A stretch of 64,000 nucleotides of DNA from an uncultured Acidobacteriota bacterium (GTDB taxonomy: Bacteria; Acidobacteriota; Thermoanaerobaculia; Gp7-AA8): contig CAVUKB010000010.1 of NCBI GenBank assembly GCA_963741955.1, forward strand, positions 384,001 through 448,000, written 5' to 3'. Position 1 is the first letter of the stretch, and the number at the start of each line of letters is the position of its first letter. Position numbers and translations under genes: made by a program. A model generated the notes under the pieces. The model was not told the origin of the DNA and did no database searches. It was given only the letters and a program-made list of their open reading frames with translations. Below are positions 39,972 through 49,477 of the stretch, one piece after another.

Positions 39972-41645
39972 ATGCACTCGCTCCACTCAGACGTACGAAG
40001 ATTGATCGCGGTACGCGTCGTCGTGGTGACGACGCTCCTGCTCGCAGCCCTCCTCATCCAGTTCGCCTCCGATCTCGAGATCCCGCTCGAGTTCGTCTAC
40101 GCGACCACTCTCCTCACGTTCGTTCTCTCCATCGGCTACATCATCTCCGGGAAACTGATCGAGAGCCGTGCCGCGAATCTCTACCTGCAGTTCGGGGGCG
40201 ATCTCTTCATCGAGACTCTGCTCGTCTATTTCACCGGCGGCCTCGACTCGCCGTTCTCGTTCCTTTATCTGGTCACCATCATCACCGCGTCGATGATGCT
40301 CTATCGACGCGGCGGTCTCTTCGTCGCTTCCGGAGCGGTGATCCTCTACGGCGGCCTCGCGGACCTGATGTACTACCATGTGGTCCCCCTGCCACCTCAG
40401 AGTGTCTTTTCTCCCAGCCCCTGGAGCTCGGCCCGGCTCTATCTCAACATGGCCGCGAACTTCGCCGGGTTTTATGCGACCGCGCTCCTCACCGCCTACG
40501 TCTCGGAGCAGTTGCGGGTCACGTTCCGCGAGCTCGACGTCAACCGCGAGAGCCTGGCGCGACTGCAGGCGCTCAGCCAGAACGTGATCGAGTCGATTCC
40601 GTCCGGTCTGGTCACCATGACCACCGAGGGAATCGTCGCGTTCGTCAATCCCGCCGGCGCCGCGATTCTGGGGATCGAGGCCGCATCCCTGGTCGGAACA
40701 CACGTGACCGAGTGCGGCATCTGGTCACTCGCCGAATGGTCCGCGATTCGGCAACGTCTCGATCGGGAGGGGGTGCTCCGCGAAGAATCGACTTATGAGC
40801 ACGCCGGTGAGATGCACACGGTGGGCTTTGCCGTGACCCCGCTCCGCTCCGCTGATGGAGCCCTATACGGGCTGACGCTGATCTTTCAGGATCTCACCGA
40901 AATGAAGAAGCTCGAGGAGCAGCTTCGGCTGAAAGACAGGATGGCGGCGGTCGGCGAGCTGTCGGCCGGAATTGCACACGAGATTCGGAACCCGCTCACC
41001 GCGATCGCCGGATCGGTTCAGGTGCTGCGGACCTCCACCCACCTCCAACCCGCCGAACAGCGGTTGATGTCGATCATCCTCAAGGAATCCGAGAGGTTGG
41101 AGAAATCGATCGCGGAGTTTCTCCGTTTCGTCCGGCCGCACGAGCGATGCCCTGCGGAGTTCGACGTTGCGAGCAGCCTCACCGAGACCCTCGAACTTCT
41201 GGCGAACTCCTCCGAGCTGAAGCCGCGCCACGAGATCGTGCGCGAGATCGATCCACCATCTTTCTTCATCGTTGCCGATGCTGATCAGATTCGCCAGGTG
41301 TTCTGGAATATCGCGCGAAACGCCGTCCACGCCATGCAGGAGGGGGGCGTGCTCCACGTCTCCACGACCGTCGGGAGAGAGTTCTACCGGATCACCTTTG
41401 CCGACGAAGGGATCGGAATGTCTCCGGCCGAGCGCAAGAATCTCTTTCAGCCGTTTCGCACGAACTTTCCTTCGGGAACGGGGCTCGGAATGGCGATCTC
41501 TTATCGCATCGTGCAGGAGCACGGAGGCCGGATCGAGATCGAGTCCACCCCCGGCGCCGGCACCAGGATCACGGTCGCGCTCCCGATCGCGCCGCGGGGA
41601 GGGACGATCCGCTCCGTCGGGGTCCGTGTGGTCTCGGGCGATTGA
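39972..41645 (+). CDS. pilS: PilS-like PAS sensor histidine kinase
   Basis: TM region with TGGLDSPFSFLY, PAS, AHEIRNPL, GTGLG; located directly after pilC. Confidence 0.85.
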   Translation: MHSLHSDVRRLIAVRVVVVTTLLLAALLIQFASDLEIPLEFVYATTLLTFVLSIGYIISGKLIESRAANLYLQFGGDLFIETLLVYFTGGLDSPFSFLYLVTIITASMMLYRRGGLFVASGAVILYGGLADLMYYHVVPLPPQSVFSPSPWSSARLYLNMAANFAGFYATALLTAYVSEQLRVTFRELDVNRESLARLQALSQNVIESIPSGLVTMTTEGIVAFVNPAGAAILGIEAASLVGTHVTECGIWSLAEWSAIRQRLDREGVLREESTYEHAGEMHTVGFAVTPLRSADGALYGLTLIFQDLTEMKKLEEQLRLKDRMAAVGELSAGIAHEIRNPLTAIAGSVQVLRTSTHLQPAEQRLMSIILKESERLEKSIAEFLRFVRPHERCPAEFDVASSLTETLELLANSSELKPRHEIVREIDPPSFFIVADADQIRQVFWNIARNAVHAMQEGGVLHVSTTVGREFYRITFADEGIGMSPAERKNLFQPFRTNFPSGTGLGMAISYRIVQEHGGRIEIESTPGAGTRITVALPIAPRGGTIRSVGVRVVSGD

Positions 41646-41661
41646 CCACGTCCCGCTCTCT

Positions 41662-42687
41662 TCAGAAAAGCCGGTCCTGATTTCGTCGTGCGCCGAGCGG
41701 ATACCCGAGGTGCTCGTAGGCGCTCTTGGAGGCCATCCGCCCGCGGGGCGTCCGTTGCAGAAAACCGATCTGGATCAGGTACGGTTCGTAGAGGTCCTCG
41801 ATGGTTCCCCGATCCTCGGAGATGGACGACGCGATGGCGCCGAGTCCCGCCGGTCCGCCGCCGAAACGCTCGATGATCGTCGACAGGAGCTTCCGGTCGA
41901 TCTCGTCGAGCCCGTACTCGTCGACTTCCAGCATCTGCAGCGCGCCGCGGGCCACCTCCTGATCGATGCGTCCATCGTGCTTCACTTCAGCGTAGTCACG
42001 AACCCGGCGGAGCAGCCGGTTCGCGATGCGCGGGGTTCCGCGCGACCGCCGCGCGATCTCGTGGGTCCCCTCCTCTTCGATGGGGATTCCGAGAATCTCC
42101 GCCGAGCGATCGACGATGACCGACAGTGAGCCGGCGTCGTAGAAGTCGAGTCGGTGGACGATTCCAAAGCGAGCGCGGAGAGGTGCAGTGAGGAGTCCGG
42201 CTCGGGTCGTCGCTCCGATCAGGGTGAATCGCGGGAGCTCGATCTTCACCGTTCTCGCGGAGGGCCCCTGGCCGATGATCACGTCGAGATTGAAGTCCTC
42301 CATCGCGGAGTAGAGGATCTCTTCGACCTGAGGCGAGAGGCGGTGGATCTCGTCGATGAAGAGAACCTCTCCCGCCTCGAGATTGGTGAGGATCGCCGCG
42401 AGGTCCCCCGGCTTTTCGATGACCGGTCCCGCAGTCGCCTTGATTCCGGCGCCCATCTCGTTGGCGATGATGTTGGCCAGAGTGGTCTTTCCGAGGCCGG
42501 GAGGACCGAACAGAAGAACGTGATCGAGCGTCTCGTGCCGGTTCCGGGCCGCCGTGATCGAGATCTCCAGGTTCTCTTTCACCTTCGTCTGCCCGATGTA
42601 TTCGCGGAGGTATTTCGGACGAAGGGAGAGCTCGATTCCGAGGTCGTCCTGGTCAGGCTCGGCGGAGAGGATCCGGTCTTCGGGCAT
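41662..42687 (-). CDS. ruvB: Holliday junction branch migration helicase RuvB
   Basis: [50 protein letters not shown]. Start is 42687 (leaderless) or 42696. Confidence 0.98.
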   Translation of the reverse strand: MPEDRILSAEPDQDDLGIELSLRPKYLREYIGQTKVKENLEISITAARNRHETLDHVLLFGPPGLGKTTLANIIANEMGAGIKATAGPVIEKPGDLAAILTNLEAGEVLFIDEIHRLSPQVEEILYSAMEDFNLDVIIGQGPSARTVKIELPRFTLIGATTRAGLLTAPLRARFGIVHRLDFYDAGSLSVIVDRSAEILGIPIEEEGTHEIARRSRGTPRIANRLLRRVRDYAEVKHDGRIDQEVARGALQMLEVDEYGLDEIDRKLLSTIIERFGGGPAGLGAIASSISEDRGTIEDLYEPYLIQIGFLQRTPRGRMASKSAYEHLGYPLGARRNQDRLF

Positions 42688-42702
42688 CGGGGGCATTGTA
42701 CA

Positions 42703-42775
42703 GCGAGAGGCGAGGGGCGAGAGGCGAGAGGCGAGAGGCGAGGGTTATAGGGGTCGGGGGTCAGGGATCAGGGGC
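42703..42775 (+). repeat. Heptamer array (GCGAGAG, then GGGTCAG-like units)
   Basis: gcgagag gcgaggg gcgagag gcgagag gcgagag... Confidence 0.88.
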
Positions 42776-43070
42776 GGAAGGATCGACATTGAGGAGCTGA
42801 CTGCCGCGAATGCGCCAGAGGAATGCAGTATGCAGAGTCCAGAATGAACAACCGTTCGTAAGTCGCCCGCCCGATTCGCAAGGTCGTCCGCGAGAAAGCC
42901 AATGCCAGTGCCCGAGTACAGGGATGGGAGGCGAGGCCGGCGAGACGGGAGCAGGGTCAATGCGCCGCAATGGTTGTTCTGTCAATAGCGCTATCTCACG
43001 AATATTCGCCGCAAAAATCGCCAAAATCAGTCGATTATTCTGAATTATTCCGGAAAACAGAAATATTCTG

Positions 43071-43263
43071 CGTCTCGTCTCTCGCCTCTCGCCTCTCGCC
43101 TCTCGTTCCCCCCGAGCCTCGAGCCCCGCGTCTCTCGCCTCTCGTTCCCCCCGAGCCCCGAGCCTCGAGCCTCGAGCCCCGCGTCTCTCGCCTCTCGCCT
43201 CTCGCCTCTCGTTCCCCCCGAGCCCCGAGCCTCGAGCCTCGAGCCCCGCGTCTCTCGCCTCTC
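43071..43263 (+). repeat. Heptamer array (CGCCTCT/CGAGCCT) with higher-order blocks, abutting the nadB stop
   Basis: About 27 units; block CTCGCCTCTCGTTCCCCCCGAGCC repeated three times. Confidence 0.92.
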
Positions 43264-44956
43264 AGTCTTTCCTGAAATGCGCTCCTCGCGAGACGGGATT
43301 CTTGATCGCCGCTTCCGAGACGATGGCCGCCATCTGCTGGCCGTGAAAGAGCTCGATGATCTCCTTCGAGATCCTCGACTCGTGGTAGAACTTGGTGAGG
43401 CGGTGGCCGAGCTCGCGCATGTCGGCGACCGCGCGCTTGAGCCGCTCGAGGGTCCGCACGATCCCGACGTAGTTCCACATGGTGTTCTGAATCGTGGTCC
43501 AGTCCTGGAGAATCAGCGCCGGATCTTCCTTGCTCACCGTTCCCGGCTGTCTCCAGTCGGGGATCGACTCGAGCAGCCGGCCGGCCATCGGTCCGAATCC
43601 GGGAAGCCCCGAAGCGTAGGACCGCCGGATCGATGCGGCCGCGAGGGCGTCACCGGAGCGATCGCGGGCGGCGACCGATTCCACCGGCGTGGTCCCCGCC
43701 TCCAGACGCTCGCGAATGGAGACTGCCGCGTAGTAGCCCCAGGTCAGTCCTTCGAGGAGGGAAGTGGAGGCGAGCCGGTTCGCTCCGTGGACCCCGGTAC
43801 AGGAGCTCTCGCCGATCGCGTAGAGCCGGCTGAGAGTGGTCTCGCCGAACGAATTCGCGAGGATTCCGCCGCAGAAGTAGTGGGCGGCGGGGACGACCGG
43901 GATCGGATCTTTCTCGATGTCGATGCCGATCTCGAGGCAGGTGGCGTGGATGTTCGGGAAACGCTTCCGGATGCGCTGGCTCCCCTGGTAGAAGCCGGCG
44001 AGATCGAGATAGACGAATTCGTCCTTCTCCCTCGTCATCTCCTCGAGGATCGCGCGGGCGACGACGTCGCGCGGCGCGAGGTCCTTCTGCCGCGGCGAGT
44101 AGCGCTCCATGAAGTACTCGCCCTTCTGGTTCCTCAGCCGAGCGCCCTCTCCGCGCAGGGCCTCGGAGATCAGGAAGTGGTTCGCCTTCTTGTCCGCCAG
44201 CGCGGTAGGGTGGAACTGGACGTACTCCGAATTGAGGATCTTCGCCCCCGCGCGCGATGCCATCACCACCCCATCGCCGAGCGCATGGCGGGTGTTCGTC
44301 GTGTGGAGGTAGATCTGTCCGATCCCGCCGGTGGCGAGCACCGTGAAGTCGGCGAAGAGTGTGTAGACGTCGTTGGTTTTGTTGTCGAGCAGGTAGACCC
44401 CGACGCATTCGTTGTTCAGCCGGTAGTGCACCTGGATGTCGGCCGGATGGTGATGGGTGGTGAGAAGGTCGATCGCGGTGACGTCGGTGACCAGATCGAT
44501 GTTCGGATCATCCAGGATGTCGCGGAGGAGCGAGACCTCGATCGCGTTTCCGGTCGCGTCACCGGCATGGATGATGCGCGAGACCGAATGCGCCCCCTCC
44601 TGAGTCAGGTCGAGCTCCCCTTCATCCGTCTCGGAGAAGGGGACGTGGAATTCTCCGATCAGGAGCTTCTCCACCACCCGCGGCCCTTCGGCGGCGAGGA
44701 ACTGGACCGCGTCACGGTTGTTGATTCCCGCCCCCGCCTCGATGATGTCGTTCACCAGCGTCGCCGCGGTGTCGTTCTCTCCGCGGTAGATGATTCCTCC
44801 CTGAGCCCAGAACGTGTTGCAGTCTTTCGGGTCGGTCGCCTTGGTGACCAGGAGGACCCGGTATCCGGCACGGGAGAGTGTGTGGGCGCACGTCAGCCCG
44901 GCGATGCCGGTCCCGATGACGATGGCGGGGTAGTGATCGCGGTTCCTGAGGTTCAC
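43262..44956 (-). CDS. nadB: L-aspartate oxidase
   Basis: IGTGIAG, WAQGGI, EGAHS..RIIH..DATG, QFHPT, LISEALRGEG, AAHY, HGANRLASTSL, SRGAHFR. Confidence 0.95.
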   Translation of the reverse strand: MNLRNRDHYPAIVIGTGIAGLTCAHTLSRAGYRVLLVTKATDPKDCNTFWAQGGIIYRGENDTAATLVNDIIEAGAGINNRDAVQFLAAEGPRVVEKLLIGEFHVPFSETDEGELDLTQEGAHSVSRIIHAGDATGNAIEVSLLRDILDDPNIDLVTDVTAIDLLTTHHHPADIQVHYRLNNECVGVYLLDNKTNDVYTLFADFTVLATGGIGQIYLHTTNTRHALGDGVVMASRAGAKILNSEYVQFHPTALADKKANHFLISEALRGEGARLRNQKGEYFMERYSPRQKDLAPRDVVARAILEEMTREKDEFVYLDLAGFYQGSQRIRKRFPNIHATCLEIGIDIEKDPIPVVPAAHYFCGGILANSFGETTLSRLYAIGESSCTGVHGANRLASTSLLEGLTWGYYAAVSIRERLEAGTTPVESVAARDRSGDALAAASIRRSYASGLPGFGPMAGRLLESIPDWRQPGTVSKEDPALILQDWTTIQNTMWNYVGIVRTLERLKRAVADMRELGHRLTKFYHESRISKEIIELFHGQQMAAIVSEAAIKNPVSRGAHFRKD

Positions 44957-44957
44957 G

Positions 44958-45797
44958 TTATTCGTGCGCCGCGTAAGGATTCTGGGCGAAGCCGGTGATG
45001 ATGTAGGTTCCCGACTTCACGTCCTTTTTGATCTTGATCAGGTTCTTCGACTGGGCGTCCTCGAGCAGCTGACTGAACGTATCGTAGCCGTAGTACTCCT
45101 CGTTGAACGTCGGCTTCTTCCTCTGCATCGTCTGCTTGACCATCGAGCCCCAGAGAATCTCCTTGTTCTCCCGCATCAGCGCCTTGATCGAATCGATCAG
45201 CAGCTTGAAACACTCGGCCTGCTTCTTGTCCTCGGATGCGACCTGCGGGACGTTGGTCACGCCCCGCACCAGATCTTCGTAGAAGATGAACTCGTCGCAG
45301 TTCGCGATCAGCAGGTCGCTCGACGAGCTCTTCACTCCCACTCCGATCACGAACTTGTCGTTCTCTTTGAGCTTGGAGACGAGGGGCGAGAAATCGGAGT
45401 CTCCGGAGGCGATCACGAAGACGTCGATGTGCTCTTTCGACCACGCCATGTCCATCGCGTCGACGACCAGCCGGATGTCGGCGGAGTTCTTCCCGGAGTA
45501 GTTGCGGGCGGGAATGTCGATCAGTTCGATCGCCGCTTCGTGGAGCTCGCGCTTCAACTCCTGGAACTTGTCCCAGTCGCAATACGCCCGCTTGACGACG
45601 ATCTTTCCCTTCTCCAGCAAGCGCTCGAGGAGGAGATCGATGTCGAACTTCTTGTACTTCGCTTCGCGTACGCCGATGGCGAGGTTCTCGTAATCGATGA
45701 AAAGAGCGATCTTCCGTTCTGCGTTCATCCTTCCGGGCGGCGGCTCCGAATCGTACTCCTCGGATTCCGCCTCGGCTTCCTTTCTTTTCCCGGTCAT
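44958..45797 (-). CDS. NYN (LabA/DUF88) domain protein with C-terminal OST-HTH/LOTUS
   Basis: ALFIDYEN, KNSADIRLVVD, SGDSDF, FNEEYYGYDTFSQLLE. Start is 45797 or 45728. Confidence 0.9.
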   Translation of the reverse strand: MTGKRKEAEAESEEYDSEPPPGRMNAERKIALFIDYENLAIGVREAKYKKFDIDLLLERLLEKGKIVVKRAYCDWDKFQELKRELHEAAIELIDIPARNYSGKNSADIRLVVDAMDMAWSKEHIDVFVIASGDSDFSPLVSKLKENDKFVIGVGVKSSSSDLLIANCDEFIFYEDLVRGVTNVPQVASEDKKQAECFKLLIDSIKALMRENKEILWGSMVKQTMQRKKPTFNEEYYGYDTFSQLLEDAQSKNLIKIKKDVKSGTYIITGFAQNPYAAHE

Positions 45798-45880
45798 GTG
45801 ATGCCCTAGTTTCGAGCTTTGGTCCCCGGGATTCAAGTGGAAGACGAATTCAGCGCTCCTCTCCATTAGAATCCGCACTC

Positions 45881-46864
45881 GTGAAGAACTGGATCACACT
45901 CACCCGGCCGTTCACCCTTCTCCCGCCGCTCCTGGGGATCATCTCCGGCGCGATCTGCGCGTGGGGCTCGGTCCACAACCCCGATCCGACACGTGCGGTG
46001 ACCGCCACGGTGGTGCTCACCATCGTGCTCGGCTCACTCTGCGCGTCGTTCCTCAACGCCGCGTCGAACGTGCTGAATCAGATCTACGACCTGGAGATCG
46101 ATCGGGTGAACAAGCCGCGCCGCCCCCTGGTCACCGCCGCAGTGGGGATGCGCGAGGCTTGGATCGGGACGGTGATCCTCTACCTCCTCGCCATCATTCC
46201 GACCTGGCTGGTGGTCGTCTTTCCTTACAACGGCGTGGCGGCGAAATTCTTCGCTCCACTCCCGTATCACGAATGCCTCTTCATCTACATCGCGGGGATG
46301 ATCTTCACGTTCGTCTACTCGGCTCCCGCATTCGGGAGGACCAAGCGCTTCGGCATCTGGGCGAACCTGACCATCGCCATCCCCCGCGGAACGCTGCTCA
46401 AGGTGGCCGGCTGGTCGATGGTCGCCCACGTCTTCTCCACCGAGCCCTGGTTCATCGGAGGGATTTTCGGCCTGTTTCTCCTCGGCGCCGCCTCGACCAA
46501 GGACTACTCCGACATCGAAGGCGACCGCCGCGGAGGCTGTCAGACCCTCCCGATCCGCTACGGCGTCCGCGCGTCCGCCTGGATGATCGCTCCCTTCTTC
46601 GTCTTTCCCTGGATCCTGATGCCGATCGGCGCGCACGTCACCGATCCGTTTCTCCACGGCGCGGTGCACCCGATCCTCACCGGCAACGCGACGCTGCTCA
46701 CCGCGGTCGGAATCATCCTCGTGCTGTGGGGGAGCTACACCGCCTGGCTTTTGTTGCGCAATCCCGACGAGCTCACCTCGACCGAGAACCATCCATCGTG
46801 GCGTCACATGTACCTGATGATGATGTTCGCGCAGGTCGGCTTCGCGGTGTCGTATCTTTTTTAG
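45881..46864 (+). CDS. UbiA-family prenyltransferase
   Basis: LTRPFT, NQIYDLEIDRVNKPRRPL, YSAP, KDYSDIEGD; multiple TMs. Confidence 0.9.
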   Translation: MKNWITLTRPFTLLPPLLGIISGAICAWGSVHNPDPTRAVTATVVLTIVLGSLCASFLNAASNVLNQIYDLEIDRVNKPRRPLVTAAVGMREAWIGTVILYLLAIIPTWLVVVFPYNGVAAKFFAPLPYHECLFIYIAGMIFTFVYSAPAFGRTKRFGIWANLTIAIPRGTLLKVAGWSMVAHVFSTEPWFIGGIFGLFLLGAASTKDYSDIEGDRRGGCQTLPIRYGVRASAWMIAPFFVFPWILMPIGAHVTDPFLHGAVHPILTGNATLLTAVGIILVLWGSYTAWLLLRNPDELTSTENHPSWRHMYLMMMFAQVGFAVSYLF

Positions 46865-47000
46865 CGGCGAGCGGCGAGCGGCGAGCGGCGAGCGGCGAGC
46901 GGCGAGCGGCGAGAGGCGACGTCAGACGTGTCGGACAGGTCTGACGATTTGTCGGACAGTCGGACCTGATTGTTCCCACAATCTCGCTCGCCTCTCGCCT
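46863..47000. repeat. Inverted heptamer arrays enclosing a 9-bp period repeat
   Basis: AGCGGCG x7 starting at the ubiA stop; GTCAGACGT GTCGGACAG GTCTGACGA..GTCGGACAG (46921-46968); CTCGCTCGCCTCTCGCCT (46983-47000). Confidence 0.85.
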
Positions 47001-47099
47001 GAGACTTTAGTCATTTCTCGCCTTCTCCTGTTCCGGTACAACGGATCCCGACTTCAGGCGCGGCCCTCATCGCGCACACGAAAAGGAGATCTCCTTCCC

Positions 47100-49382
47100 A
47101 TGTCTTATCGGAAGTACTGGATCGCACTCTGTCTGGTCGTCGTGGCTTCATTCTCGGTTCTCGGTTACGTCGGCTACCGCGGAATCCAAGCCGCACCACC
47201 CATTCCGAACCAGGTCGTCTCGACGGACGGCACGCTGCTGTTCACCGGAGAGATGATCCGCGACGGACAGAACGTCTGGCAGTCGATCGGCGGGCAGGAA
47301 GTCGGATCGGTGTTCGGCCACGGCGCGTATGTCGCCCCCGACTGGACCGCCGACGCTCTTCACCGTGAAGCCGAGACGATTCTCGACCTCCAGGCCCGAG
47401 CTCTTGGCGCGTCCGGATTCTCTGCGCTCGATCCCGGCCGGCGGGCGGCACTCCATGCCGAGCTCCAGGCCTCGATGCGCCGGAATACCTACGACGCGAA
47501 GAGCGGCCGGATCACCGTCGACCCGCTTCGGGCGAAGGCGTTCGCAGCGCTCGCAGCGCACTACGCAGACGTCTTTTCCAACGGCCGTTCCGAATACGCC
47601 ATCCCTCCCGGCGCGCTCACCGACGTGACGAAGCTGAGACAGATGTCCGCCTTCTTCTGGTGGACCGCCTGGGCCTCCACCACCGACCGTCCGGGGAGCG
47701 ACGTCACCTACACTCAGAACTGGCCGCACGAGCCTCTGGTCGGCAACGCTCCGACCACTTCGGCGATCCTCTGGAGCCTGCTCAGCGTGGTTCTCCTTCT
47801 CGCCGGGATCGGCGCCCTGATCTGGTATTCGGCCGCGCGTGGCGAACAGGCGAAGAAGCTCGAGCCTCCGCACCGCGATCCGATGCTCGGGTTCACTCCC
47901 ACGCCGTCGCAGAAGGCGACGGTCAAGTACTTCGGCGTGGTGGCCGCACTCTGGCTGGTGCAGATCGGCCTCGGCGCGCTGACCGCGCACTACGGCGTCG
48001 AAGGTTGGGGATTCTTCGGAATCCCTCTCGAGAAGATCCTCCCGTACGCCGTGACGCGCACGTGGCACCTGCAACTCGCCATCTTCTGGATCGCTACCGC
48101 CTGGCTCGCGACCGGACTCTTCATCGCTCCCGCAGTCGGCGGGCACGAGCCCAAAGGACAGCGCATCGGGGTGAACATTCTCTTTGTCGCACTGGTGCTC
48201 GTGGTTGCCGGATCGATGGCCGGTGAGTGGTTCGGGATCCAGCAGAAGCTCGGAAATCTCTGGTTCTGGTTCGGCGCACAGGGATACGAGTACGTCGACC
48301 TCGGGCGCTTCTGGCAGATCCTCCTCTTCGCGGGCCTCTTGATCTGGCTGTTCCTGATGTGGCGCGCGATCCGTCCGGCACTTCGCAAACGCGACGAGAG
48401 CCGCACGCTCCTGACGATGTTCCTCGTCTCCAGCATCGCCATCCCGATGTTCTACGCGGCTGGGCTGATGTACGGTCAGCGCTCTGCGATGGTCACCGCC
48501 GAGTACTGGCGCTGGTGGGTGGTCCACCTCTGGGTGGAAGGGTTCTTCGAGGTCTTCGCGACCGTCGTCATCGCGTTCCTCTTCACCCGCTTGAAGCTGA
48601 TCGAGACGGCGTCGGCGACGCGCGTGGTGATGTTCTCGACCTCGATCTTCCTCGCCGGCGGCATCATCGGCACGTTTCATCACCTCTACTTCACCGGAAC
48701 TCACGCTGCAGTACTCGCACTCGGCTCGGTGTTCAGCGCACTGGAGATCGTCCCGCTTGTGATGATCGGTCACGAAGCGTGGGAGAACATCAGGTTCTCG
48801 CAGGGATCGAGCGCGGCGCCATGGCTCCGTGAGTACCGCTGGCCGATCCTCTTCTTCGTCGCGGTGGCGTTCTGGAACCTGGTCGGCGCAGGCGTCTTCG
48901 GATTCCTGATCAACCCACCCGTCGCGCTCTACTACATGCAGGGTCTCAACCTGACGCCGGTCCACGGTCACACTGCGCTTTTCGGCGTGTACGGAATGCT
49001 GGCCCTCGGGCTCACCCTCTTCTCACTCCGCGCACTGACTCCCGGACGTGCATGGAAGGAGCGGAACCTCGCGTTCGCATTCTGGGCGCTCAACGTTGGC
49101 CTTCTTGCGATGGTCGTCCTGAGCCTGTTCCCGATCGGCATCATGCAGGCCGTGGCATCGATCGACACGGGCACCTGGTACGCCCGCTCGGCGGAGTTCC
49201 TCCAGCAGCCAATCATGCAGAAACTCCGCTGGATGCGCGTGGTGGGCGACTCGGTGTTCTCGCTCGGCGCACTCTCGTTCGTCTGGTTCCTCGTCGGTCT
49301 CCTCACCGGATCGTCGTACGAGACGGAGAGCGAGACGAACGAGCTGCCGGACACCATTTATCAAGCGGGTGGCGGCGACTGA
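47100..49382 (+). CDS. norB: Quinol-dependent nitric oxide reductase (qNOR)
   Basis: GHGAYVAPDWTAD, YTQNWP, RWWVVHLWVEGFFEVF, GTFHHLY, PVHGHTALFGVYG. Confidence 0.96.
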   Translation: MSYRKYWIALCLVVVASFSVLGYVGYRGIQAAPPIPNQVVSTDGTLLFTGEMIRDGQNVWQSIGGQEVGSVFGHGAYVAPDWTADALHREAETILDLQARALGASGFSALDPGRRAALHAELQASMRRNTYDAKSGRITVDPLRAKAFAALAAHYADVFSNGRSEYAIPPGALTDVTKLRQMSAFFWWTAWASTTDRPGSDVTYTQNWPHEPLVGNAPTTSAILWSLLSVVLLLAGIGALIWYSAARGEQAKKLEPPHRDPMLGFTPTPSQKATVKYFGVVAALWLVQIGLGALTAHYGVEGWGFFGIPLEKILPYAVTRTWHLQLAIFWIATAWLATGLFIAPAVGGHEPKGQRIGVNILFVALVLVVAGSMAGEWFGIQQKLGNLWFWFGAQGYEYVDLGRFWQILLFAGLLIWLFLMWRAIRPALRKRDESRTLLTMFLVSSIAIPMFYAAGLMYGQRSAMVTAEYWRWWVVHLWVEGFFEVFATVVIAFLFTRLKLIETASATRVVMFSTSIFLAGGIIGTFHHLYFTGTHAAVLALGSVFSALEIVPLVMIGHEAWENIRFSQGSSAAPWLREYRWPILFFVAVAFWNLVGAGVFGFLINPPVALYYMQGLNLTPVHGHTALFGVYGMLALGLTLFSLRALTPGRAWKERNLAFAFWALNVGLLAMVVLSLFPIGIMQAVASIDTGTWYARSAEFLQQPIMQKLRWMRVVGDSVFSLGALSFVWFLVGLLTGSSYETESETNELPDTIYQAGGGD

Positions 49383-49403
49383 TCGTCCGCAGAGTGTGGT
49401 CTT

Positions 49404-49465
49404 GATCGCGGATCAGGGGATCGAGGATTGGGAGAGATCCACAATCCACGGCCCCCGATCCGCGG
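49404..49465. repeat. Short degenerate inverted heptamer pair
   Basis: gatcgcg gatcagg ggatcga ggattgg ... gatccac aatccac ggccccc gatccgc. Confidence 0.6.
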
Positions 49466-49477
49466 TATTCTCTATTT

